Shown one piece after another: positions 41,640 to 49,974 of a stretch of 64,000 bases of DNA (position 1 is the stretch's first letter; the number at the start of each line of letters is the position of its first letter). Under the pieces are notes generated by a model that was not told the DNA's origin, did not search any database, and saw only the letters and a list, made by a program, of their open reading frames with translations. Where the stretch lies: the NCBI GenBank assembly GCA_949299515.1, contig CASGAP010000010.1, positions 7,621-71,620 on the forward strand. Reading direction: 5' to 3'. The position numbers and the translations under genes are program-made. This DNA is from an uncultured Desulfovibrionaceae bacterium (GTDB taxonomy: Bacteria; Desulfobacterota; Desulfovibrionia; Desulfovibrionales; Desulfovibrionaceae).

Positions 41640-43187
41640 ATGAGCGATAACAACAAGAATAATTCTGTTGAAGATATTATTGATTTGACTGAAGTTGTTA
41701 GTATCGGCAGCGGCGTGGGCGTTCCGTCAGGCAGCGGCGCAGATTCTGCCGAAGATGACGTGCTTGATTCTCTTGTAACTGGATTTGAAGAAAAAAACGA
41801 TGTGTCCGGCGGCGTATCCGCCGAAGATGACAATGCCCTTGACCTTTCCAATTTGGATTCTTTAATCAGTTCTTATAATCTTGATTTTGACGAAGATAAA
41901 AATCAAAATTCCGAATTGGACAGTGATTTTGACTCCTTGCTTAATAATTTTAAAAATGAAGATGCCGGCAGCGGTGCAGAGCAAGATGAAATTCCCTCTG
42001 ACGGACAAGATCAGCCAGCTTTTTCTGGACAGGCCGGTTTCTCCGCCGATGCCGAAGACTCTGCCGAAGATGAAATAGATCTGCTTACAAAAGATATTAT
42101 CGATGGCCCGGGTATTGATATTTCTGCTGCAAATCAGGAAAATGAACTGACGGATTTAGACGCTGCACTGCAGATGCAGCTTCCGGCCGAGGAAGACGAC
42201 AGAATTTCCGATACTTTTCTTGATGAATTGGATACGCAGCTTCGGGAGCAGGAAAAAGGCGGCCGTGAAGATTTGTCTGATGAGGCCGGGGCGGAAGTTC
42301 CCCGAGATGCGGCAGTCACGGAACAGCCGCAGACTGATGAAGAAATGCTTAAAAGCGATATGGCGGAAGAAGAGCCCGATGCCATTTCCGATGAAGCTTT
42401 TAATGATATTTTAAACGAGCTTACGCTTGAGCATGAAAACGATGAAGAAGTTGTTTCCTTTGCACAGGAAGCTTCTGCCGAAACAATGCCTATTCATTTA
42501 AAAGGCGATATCAATTTTTTGGAAAATAATGTTCCTGCTAAGGAAAACAATGAAGATATCAGCTTGGTGCAGTCAGCATCTAAGGTTTTGGATTCTGATG
42601 AGGCGTATTTGGAAAAATTCAGCGGAGAAGACGAGTCTGTCGGCGCAAAATTAAAAAATCTTTCTACAAATATCGCTTCTCTTGAACAGCGTCTTATGGG
42701 ATCCGATTCAAAGTGGCAGGATACCGGATTAGAGCTGAATTACCGTATCAGCGGTCTTGAAACAAGAATTTCCGCTCTTGAGGAAAATACCAAATCTGAG
42801 ATTGCTTCGTTAAAATCAGCATTGACAAAATATGCCGCAGCATTGGATACAATTTCCGATAAAGCCTCATCTTTCGGCTCCGGTGAGCATTTCTTGGAAA
42901 AAATCCATGCGCTGGAGAATCGTATAGCAACGCTTGACGATATTTTTTCCGAACAGAAAATGCTTAATGACGAACTTGCCAAAACGCTCGATGCGCAAAG
43001 CCCGATGCCCGCAGGCGGATTTGCGGACGTGCAGGCTTTGGAAGAAAAGGTTGCGGCTTTATCTAAGGAATTGTATGCTGCCCAGGCAAAAATAGCATTG
43101 TTGGAAGAAAATATCGAAAAAGCGGCAAGTTTGGCTGCGGCAAAAGTTCTTCGGGAAGAGATTATTCCGCTTCTTACCAAAGCTTGA
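41640..43187 (+). CDS. hypothetical highly acidic protein with a C-terminal coiled coil
   Basis: 515-aa ORF with the SD GAGGGG. The first ~330 aa are D/E/S-rich low complexity. The last ~190 aa show heptad-like repeats (LENRIATLDDIF, LEEKVAALSKELYAAQAKIALLEENIEKA). I recognise no family. Confidence 0.6.
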   Translation: MSDNNKNNSVEDIIDLTEVVSIGSGVGVPSGSGADSAEDDVLDSLVTGFEEKNDVSGGVSAEDDNALDLSNLDSLISSYNLDFDEDKNQNSELDSDFDSLLNNFKNEDAGSGAEQDEIPSDGQDQPAFSGQAGFSADAEDSAEDEIDLLTKDIIDGPGIDISAANQENELTDLDAALQMQLPAEEDDRISDTFLDELDTQLREQEKGGREDLSDEAGAEVPRDAAVTEQPQTDEEMLKSDMAEEEPDAISDEAFNDILNELTLEHENDEEVVSFAQEASAETMPIHLKGDINFLENNVPAKENNEDISLVQSASKVLDSDEAYLEKFSGEDESVGAKLKNLSTNIASLEQRLMGSDSKWQDTGLELNYRISGLETRISALEENTKSEIASLKSALTKYAAALDTISDKASSFGSGEHFLEKIHALENRIATLDDIFSEQKMLNDELAKTLDAQSPMPAGGFADVQALEEKVAALSKELYAAQAKIALLEENIEKAASLAAAKVLREEIIPLLTKA

Positions 43188-43357
43188 TTTTAGAACTTGT
43201 CTGTTTGGTTTTTGCTGCTGATTTTATGCTGTATTGAAACGGTGCGATATGTTTTGCGGGTGGTGCGATTTGCATAATGCCGCCGTTTCTGAAAAAAATT
43301 TGAAGCAGCTTGCTTTTTCTTGACAATTTGCGTTTTACATGGAATTAATTGTGCGCT

Positions 43358-43434
43358 GTCTCTGTAGCTCAGTAGGATAGAGCGTTCGCCTCCTAAGCGA
43401 AAGGCCGTGGGTTCGAATCTCGCCAGGGACACCA
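43358..43434 (+). tRNA. tRNA-Arg (anticodon CCU)
   Basis: Cloverleaf read by hand: acceptor GTCTCTG/CAGGGAC, D arm GCTC..GAGC, anticodon stem TTCGC/GCGAA with loop CTCCTAA, T loop TTCGAAT, encoded CCA. There is a TTGACA at 43320-43325 upstream. Confidence 0.9.
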
Positions 43435-43450
43435 GATTTATTTTCAGACA

Positions 43451-43481
43451 AGCCCTATGTTTTCCGCATGGGGCTTTTTTT
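43451..43481 (+). terminator. rho-independent terminator after tRNA-Arg
   Basis: AGCCCTATG-TTTTCCG-CATGGGGCTTTTTTT. Confidence 0.8.
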
Positions 43482-43800
43482 ATTGATTAAATATAAAACT
43501 GTTGCAGCAGGTTATTTCTGTTTGCCTGTTTTTGTTTTTTCGTGATGAAGATGTTTTTCCCTCAGTTTCGGTTTGCGCCAGAAAACAGCTTTATTCCGCA
43601 GAAAATCGTATGTGCGGCATAGTCTGCGGGAACATAGTTTTTTATCTTTGAATTGTGCTGATATAAAGCGGTGCTGAATTATGGGTAAGCAATCTGAAAT
43701 AAAGCTTACTCATTGACGGTATAAGCTGTAACGGTAAGTCATCTGCAACAACAGATCATTAATGAAAAAGAATTTTTTGACATTCATATTCGGGTCATCT

Positions 43801-43879
43801 ACGGAGCATTGCCGAATTATTCGGCTTCTGCTCCGTAAATGTCCCGCAGCGAGGGAGCCGGGGGAAATCATTTCCCCCG
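43801..43879 (+). repeat. solo copy of the hairpin + GAGGG + CGGGGGAAATCATTTCCCCCG module
   Basis: Hairpin ACGGAGCA..TGCTCCGT (43801-43836, inner GCCGAATTATTCGGC), then GAGGGAGC, then the palindrome at 43859-43879. This is the same architecture as the right end of the element at 15926-16014. Confidence 0.7.
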
Positions 43880-43899
43880 AAAAAAATTTAAAAAGTACT

Positions 43900-44832
43900 T
43901 TAGAAATAATAGGTAAGCGATGTCATGACATTCCAGACTTCCGGTCTGCCTTTGGCATTGTAATCGCGGTGATATGCCAAGGACAGGGAATATTTTTTTT
44001 CGATATTATGGTATGCGGCCTGTACGCCTATATTATGAATGGAATCTTTGGCAAAGCGTCTGGGACCGTCGGGATTTAATGTTGCGGCTTCTTTATCGTT
44101 TTCAATTTGCAAAAGGTGTACTCCGACCAGGCCGATTTCCCAGTTTTTATTAATTTTTCGACTTAAAGACCAATCTATGGAAAACTCCGTTCCGGGAATG
44201 ATTTCCGTATATTTTTGTCGGCTGTTTGTTTCAAGGCGCAGAAGAGAGGAAACGGCCCATTTTTTTTCTTTGTCGAACCAGTAAGTAAAACCGCCTGCCA
44301 GGCGGTAAGACCAAAAATCTTTGCCGAAACCGTCATCGGAATCGCTGTTTGGCATAACAACGGCAGTGCTCAGCATAAATTTTGCCTGTTTAAAGTTATG
44401 CCAGGAAAGAATAACGGGGTTAAACGTAATATCGCCTGTTCCGGTTAAATGTTTGGGGCTGAGTCCGGATATGTCAATGTTGGACAGGGGGATATTTAAA
44501 TTTGTATGAATACGGGCATTGCCGAGCCAGCTGAGCGTATTTTTATAGGTGTACTGGAAAATATGCTGGGTGATAAAACCTTGGCTGTTGAATTGGTTTT
44601 TGTTGAATTTGGTGTTGCCGTCATTATCTTTCACGGACAGGGATTCCTGGTAGACAAGTTTTATCTGATACAGCAGACCGGGAAAATTAACATTGCTTCC
44701 CGGGTTCAGAGAGGACATTGTGTGATTGTAGTGTCCGTAAATTGTTTTTTTTGCCTGCGCAAAGCATGGCGGAACAACTGAAAAAATAAACAAAATCAAA
44801 ACGGTGCAAAACGGTATTAATTTGTTTTTCAT
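43900..44832 (-). CDS. outer-membrane beta-barrel protein (MetA-pathway/transporter-like family)
   Basis: Signal peptide (MKNKLIPFCTVLILFIFSVVPPCFAQA), alternating beta-strand pattern and a C-terminal aromatic ending (LTYYF). The family assignment is tentative. Confidence 0.65.
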   Translation of the reverse strand: MKNKLIPFCTVLILFIFSVVPPCFAQAKKTIYGHYNHTMSSLNPGSNVNFPGLLYQIKLVYQESLSVKDNDGNTKFNKNQFNSQGFITQHIFQYTYKNTLSWLGNARIHTNLNIPLSNIDISGLSPKHLTGTGDITFNPVILSWHNFKQAKFMLSTAVVMPNSDSDDGFGKDFWSYRLAGGFTYWFDKEKKWAVSSLLRLETNSRQKYTEIIPGTEFSIDWSLSRKINKNWEIGLVGVHLLQIENDKEAATLNPDGPRRFAKDSIHNIGVQAAYHNIEKKYSLSLAYHRDYNAKGRPEVWNVMTSLTYYF

Positions 44833-44839
44833 GGCGGTA

Positions 44840-47316
44840 TTAGTTATTTTTTTGTGTTAAATCATATATTGTCTGATACAGCAGGGAGCTGTTGATCGGT
44901 TTTGTAAGATGGCTGTTCATGCCGGCGTTAATGGTGCAATGATGTCTTCGGCAAAAGCATTTGCAGTCAGGGCGACAATGGGGACTGTTTGTGCGTCGTT
45001 TCGGTTCAGGGCACGGATTTTTTGTGCGGATTCAAGACCGCCCATTACAGGCATTTGAAGATCCATTAAAATACAGTCAAAATGCTGTTCCGGAGAGTTT
45101 TCAAAAACAGTCAGCGCTTCAAGGCCGTTGTATGCTTTTTCGCAGACCATGCCTTTTATGGTCAATAATTTTTCCAATATTTCCATGTTGATATGGTTGT
45201 CGTCTACCAAAAGGAGCGTTTTGCCGTTTAAGTCCAGCTCCGCGGAGTTTTCGGTATTGTTTTGTGTTTTTTGTTTTTCGGTGGTTTCAAGCGTCAGGAC
45301 TATGATTGCGGTTGTTCCTTTTCCTTCTTCGCTGTTTATTAAAAGTTCGCCGTCCAGGCTTGAAACAATATTTTTAACAATATTCATGCCTAAGCCCGTT
45401 CCCTGCACGCTGGATGAGGCAAAGCGGTTTTCCCTGGAATAAGGAACAAAAATTTTATCCAGGAATTTTTTGGATATTCCGTAGCCTGTATCAGAAATTG
45501 TAATTTCGTATTTGCAGTGTTTTCCGTCGGTAAGCTGTCGGACATTGACCGAAATTTCGGCGCCTTCGGGAGAATATTTAAAAGAATTGGAGATAATGTT
45601 GTTGAAAATCTGCCGAATTTTAAAACAGGATGACAGCACATACGGGTTTCGTATATCCGTAACTGCTTTAAAATGTTTGTTTTGGGTTGCTGCCAGGGAA
45701 TAAAACTGTTCCAGACAGCTGTCTATGCACTCGGTAAGGTTTATTTCGGAATTAGTCTGCTGTTTATCGTTTTCCATGCGGGAAACGTTCAGGATATAAT
45801 CGATAAGTTCGAGCAGGTGGTCGCTTGATGACGCTATTTTATTGAGGTAATCATGAAATTCCTGTTTTGTTTCGGCCAGCTGTCCTGCCAGGGTTATATA
45901 ACCCATAATGGCATTAAGCGGCGTGCGCATATCATGGGACATTTTCGCAAAAAATTCATTTTTGGCCTGTCCGCTTTTTTGTGCCTGTTCCAAGGAAGAC
46001 TGCAATAAGCGGATTTCGTTGATTTGGTGCTGTTTTTCGTTTTCAATATCACGAAAACAAAGAATGGCTTCCTGAGAGTTAAACGATTTGTTTATGATTA
46101 ATCGGGCATTGATCCAGCGATAGCCTGCCGAAAATTTTCCCCGGAAATCGCCGGAATATTCTTCGTTCTGTTTACCGGACAATCCCTGAAGATTGTTTAA
46201 GGAGAAAAATTTCAGAAAATCTTCCGAAGCATTTTTTTCTATTTGTGCGGATAGAAATTCTATAAGTTCATTGTAGTCGGTAATGTTTTGAATTTTTTCT
46301 TTTAATTCCGCTGTGGTTTTTATGGCTCTGAATGTATTTGTGATTAAATTTACTCTGATAATACAGAAATACATATTGCCTAAAAATTCTATGGTTTCTT
46401 CTTTGAATTTGCTTTCTGCATTTTGGCGTTTTTCGTGACGGTAGGATAAAAAAGTAAAAACAGAATAAATACAGAGAATTATTACAGCAGAGATGAAAAT
46501 CCACGGGGTAGGGTATATTTTTTTATAAGGAACGGTTATGAAAGATACCCAGCCTTTTGGGGATATGCTGTAGAAAATGCCGTATTTTTTGTCGTTAACC
46601 GTATGGATAAAACTGCCTTTGCCGTTTTGCTTCTGTGTTTTTATATATGCGAGCACGTTTTCTGCATAGGCAGTATCGGCGGGTATACGTGCAGTATCGG
46701 CGGATATGCTCTGCAGCAATATATTTTCGGCATCGTAATAATAATATTCGCTGCCTTGGGGCAGTTTCAGCGTTTCGAGAAAATTTTGGTTGCGGTAAAG
46801 GTAAATGTTTATTCCGATTATGGTTTTCTTGTTCGGCAGCAGCTGTGCCTTGGTTATTGCGGGCTCTTTGTTTAAGTTGTTGCAGTATGGCGCTGTTTTT
46901 ACAATTTTTCCGTCTGCTTTAAGAACATCATCGTACCATGGCTGTTTTTTCAGTTCACTGTATGGCAGTACGGCGGAACTGTTTGAAAAAACGCTGCCGT
47001 TGCGGACAACAAAATACTCAAGGTACGGCTCTTTTAAAAGAAAGAGTGATTCTTTGAATGCGTTTTCGAGCCATTCGTCCGAAACATTTAGTTTTTCGAT
47101 TTCTGTGACGATATTTTTGAATCGGGAAAAATCGTTGCTGATTTTGGTACGGCGCGCTTCTTCTTCTACGGATAAAAATGTTGTTATCGTGCCGGAAAGT
47201 TTGTCAAAGTCGAGTGTCAGTCTGCCGCGTGTCAGATAAAAAGCGCTTAATGCGATAATAAAAAATATTAATATCGAAATAATGTTTTAGCGATAGCTGT
47301 AAAGTATTTTCTTCAC
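44840..47316 (-). pseudogene. hybrid sensor histidine kinase/response regulator (Cache-like sensor, HisKA, HATPase, receiver) disrupted by an in-frame stop and a frameshift
   Basis: The longest intact ORF is 44917-46719 (TTG start), with HisKA MSHDMRTPLNAI, an HATPase domain and receiver motifs VDDN/LMDLQMP.
- The same frame continues upstream for 199 codons to a GTG at 47316 (SD GGAGAAGG). It is interrupted only by a TAA at 47289-47287 and encodes a TM anchor plus a Cache-like domain (KKQPWYDDV).
- At the 3' end, a different frame from ~44941 to 44840 encodes HCTINAGMNSHLTKPINSSLLYQTIYDLTQKNN, which is the missing end of the receiver. Confidence 0.75.
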
Positions 47317-47379
47317 GCTATTGTACCTTCTCCCCAAAAATTTTGACAACCATAAAAAAAAACAGTTAAAAAGTCAAGA

Positions 47380-47414
47380 GAGTATGACAAATTGCAAGAG
47401 TATGACAAATTGCA
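47380..47414. repeat. tandem direct repeat GAGTATGACAAATTGCA x2 (18-bp period) upstream of the kinase gene
   Basis: Copies at 47380-47396 and 47398-47414, 64-98 nt upstream of the GTG at 47316. Candidate response-regulator binding site. Confidence 0.4.
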
Positions 47415-47491
47415 TGATATTTTGTGAATTAATTTCTTTTGCGCTGGTATCAGTCTTTGGGGGATTTGCGCAGTTGGGTCGTGTGTATTAA

Positions 47492-47528
47492 AAATAAAAA
47501 AACAGACTGCGTAAACAGTCTGTTTTTA
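47492..47528 (-). terminator. rho-independent terminator after tRNA-Gln
   Basis: AACAGACTG-TTTACG-CAGTCTGTTTTTTATTTTT on the minus strand, starting 5 nt after the tRNA CCA end. Confidence 0.8.
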
Positions 47529-47532
47529 TAAC

Positions 47533-47608
47533 TGGCATCTCCAACAAGACTTGAACTTGTATCTAAAGTTTCAGAGACTTTTGTTCTGACCGATTGAACT
47601 ATAGAGAT
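47533..47608 (-). tRNA. tRNA-Gln (anticodon CUG), unusually AT-rich
   Basis: Hand-folded 76-nt cloverleaf: acceptor ATCTCTA/TGGAGAT, D stem GTTC/GAAC, anticodon stem AAAGT/ACTTT with loop CTCTGAA, T arm ACAAG-TTCAAGT-CTTGT, discriminator G, encoded CCA. Confidence 0.75.
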
Positions 47609-47913
47609 AAATTGGTATGATAAGTATTTTGCTGCAAAGTCAAACAAAATACAAAGAGAAAATACATTTGTTTTTTATGATTGTCAAGTTTTAAATTGAA
47701 GAAAATTATTAAAATTTTGCTGTCCTGCCGGCTGTTTTGCTTTTGGTATTTCGGATTGAAAATTTCGCATTCGGCAGTGTTGCTGTTATTATCATTTTTA
47801 TGCATAAAATTGTCTATGCTTTTTAAGCATTATTTTTGATTTTATATAGGTATTTGCTATAAATAAAATGTCCGGTTATAGAAAAGTTAACAAAACCACA
47901 AAAGGAGATATCT

Positions 47914-48969
47914 ATGAAATTATTTAACAGCATAGCTTTATCTTTGGCTTTACTTACGGGCATGACCGGCATTTCCGAGCAGCAGGCCGCTTTTGCCCGT
48001 CCTATTCCCGATGATGCGCAGAATTTTTATAAAACAGACAAAGCCGATATGCACAAAGTGCGGTTCAATAGCCTTTATGATGTGAAAATAGCAGGAAATC
48101 TGTATATTCCCAAAGGCTTGGATACCGCGAAGCAATATCCGGCCATTATTGTCGGTCACCCCATGGGTGCGGTTAAGGAACAGAGCGCCGATTTGTATGC
48201 CAATAAAATGGCAGAGCAGGGTTTTATAACGCTGTCTGTTGATCTGCCGTTTTGGGGCGCAAGCGAAGGAACGCCGCGCAATTCCGTATCCCCTGATTTT
48301 TATGCGGAAGCATTCAGTGCCGCAGCGGATTTTTTAGGCACGCAAAAACTTGTGGACAGAAATAAAATCGGGGTTATCGGCATTTGCGGCAGCGGCAGTT
48401 TTGCCATCAGCGCAGCCAAAATAGATCCCCGCCTGAAAGCTATTGCCACTATAAGTATGTATGATATGGGCGACGCCACCCGCAACGGTCTGCGCAGCTC
48501 CCAGTCTTTGGAACAGCGCAAGGCCATTATCGCACAGGCGGCCGAACAGCGCTATGCGGAATTTTTGGGCGGCGAACGAAAGTATACCTCCGGCACTGTG
48601 CATGAAATAAACGAAAATTCCCACCCTATTGAAATAGAATTTTATGAATTTTACAGAACCCCGCGCGGTGAAGTGACTCCTGAAGGTGCTGATCCCAAAA
48701 CCACTACGCACCCGACGCTCACAAGCAACATGAAATTTATGAATTTCTATCCGTTCAATGACATTGAAACCATTTCTCCGCGTCCTTTGCTGTTTATTGC
48801 GGGCGACAAGGCACACTCCATAGAATTCAGCGAAAAGGCCTATGCCCGGGCTGCGGAACCGAAGGAACTGTATTTGGTGAAAGGTGCGGGGCACGTGGAT
48901 TTATACGACAGAGTTTCTTTGATTCCTTTCGGCAAGCTGACGGAATTTTTCAGAGAAAACCTGAAATAA
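47914..48969 (+). CDS. exported alpha/beta hydrolase (dienelactone-hydrolase-like, Cys in the nucleophile elbow)
   Basis: Signal peptide (MKLFNSIALSLALLTGMTGISEQQAAFA), AIIVGHPMGAVKEQ, and the nucleophile elbow GICGSGSF (GxCxG). Confidence 0.75.
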   Translation: MKLFNSIALSLALLTGMTGISEQQAAFARPIPDDAQNFYKTDKADMHKVRFNSLYDVKIAGNLYIPKGLDTAKQYPAIIVGHPMGAVKEQSADLYANKMAEQGFITLSVDLPFWGASEGTPRNSVSPDFYAEAFSAAADFLGTQKLVDRNKIGVIGICGSGSFAISAAKIDPRLKAIATISMYDMGDATRNGLRSSQSLEQRKAIIAQAAEQRYAEFLGGERKYTSGTVHEINENSHPIEIEFYEFYRTPRGEVTPEGADPKTTTHPTLTSNMKFMNFYPFNDIETISPRPLLFIAGDKAHSIEFSEKAYARAAEPKELYLVKGAGHVDLYDRVSLIPFGKLTEFFRENLK

Positions 48970-48997
48970 GGCAAAAGGGAGCCGCATAATGCGGCTC

Positions 48998-49882
48998 CTA
49001 TTGCAGAACCTGTTTTAAAATTTCAAGAAAGGCCGCCGCAGGCTTGGTGAATGCGGTATGCTTTTTCCAAACAATGCTCAAATGCGCTTTGAGCGGCGGA
49101 TTTAAGGGAATAAAGCTTAGTTGGCTGTCCGTTCCGGTATGAACGAGGCGGTCAAGACACAGGGCAGCTCCGGCATTTTCTTTGACCAGCAGGGAAGCGT
49201 TGTACAGCAGGTTATAGTCCGCAACAATGCGCAGGGATTCGAAACTGCCGCCGTACCAGCCGGAAAAGACATTGGAAAGCAGTGACTGGCGCGAAACAAT
49301 AAGGGCGGTATGTTTCAGATCCTCGGGACTAATGCAGGGATTTTGGGCAAGGGGATGATCTTTTCGCAGCAAAAGTCCCCATGTGTCTTCGTGAGGAAGA
49401 TTGAGGTAATGATATTTTTCCTTGGGCGCTGGGTCAATCAAAATACCGAAGTCCAGCAGGCCGCTGTCGAGTTTTTCGGTTATTTCGTCGGCATTGCCGC
49501 TGAAAAGGCGGAAAAATATCTGCGGATGTTTTTTTTGGACGGCGGTTATGGCTTTGGCAATGCTGTCCATGGCTGCGGTTTCGCCTCCGCCTATGTAAAC
49601 ATCGCCTGTAATAGCCTGTTCCGGCGCCAAAAATTCGGCTTTTGTCCGTTCGGAAAGGGTGAGCAGCTCTTCGGCGCGGCGTTTCAGCAGCATTCCCTGT
49701 TCGGTAAGAGTGACTTTTTTGTTTTTTGCTCCGCGCAGAAAAAGTTTTGCGCCGAGTTCCTCTTCCAGTTCCATAATTTGTCTGGAAAGCGTGGGCTGGG
49801 TGATAAAAAGCTGTTTTGCCGCTTTGGAAAAACTTTCCTCTTTGGCAACGGCCAGAAAATATTTTAATACGCGTAGTTCCAT
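48998..49882 (-). CDS. LysR-family transcriptional regulator
   Basis: N-terminal wHTH MELRVLKYFLAVAKEESFSKAAKQLFITQPTLSRQIMELEEELG plus a LysR substrate-binding domain. Confidence 0.93.
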   Translation of the reverse strand: MELRVLKYFLAVAKEESFSKAAKQLFITQPTLSRQIMELEEELGAKLFLRGAKNKKVTLTEQGMLLKRRAEELLTLSERTKAEFLAPEQAITGDVYIGGGETAAMDSIAKAITAVQKKHPQIFFRLFSGNADEITEKLDSGLLDFGILIDPAPKEKYHYLNLPHEDTWGLLLRKDHPLAQNPCISPEDLKHTALIVSRQSLLSNVFSGWYGGSFESLRIVADYNLLYNASLLVKENAGAALCLDRLVHTGTDSQLSFIPLNPPLKAHLSIVWKKHTAFTKPAAAFLEILKQVLQ

Positions 49883-49902
49883 ATAGGAATTTTAAAAACA
49901 AA

Positions 49903-49925
49903 TTTTATGCTTGTAAAGCATAAAA
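49903..49925. promoter_or_regulatory. LysR-type dyad (T-N11-A) in the divergent LysR/SDR promoter region
   Basis: TTTTATGCTT-GTA-AAGCATAAAA contains TGCTTGTAAAGCA (T-N11-A) with 10-bp arms. Confidence 0.5.
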
Positions 49926-49974
49926 TAGATTAAACAGCGGCGCGGCGCATACGCCGTGCATAAGGAGAATTGTT

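Noticed and set aside
46805-47239. 144-aa plus-strand ORF in the apparently empty gap upstream of the kinase ORF.
   Set aside because: The opposite strand in the kinase frame encodes a coherent TM anchor plus a Cache-like domain that continues into the kinase. The plus-strand ORF is its antisense shadow.
47450-47647. ORFs overlapping tRNA genes: 47450-47647 over tRNA-Gln, 43190-43432 over tRNA-Arg, and 58399-58584 over tRNA-Leu.
   Set aside because: The cloverleaf structures explain the sequence. The ORFs have no SD and no protein-like composition.
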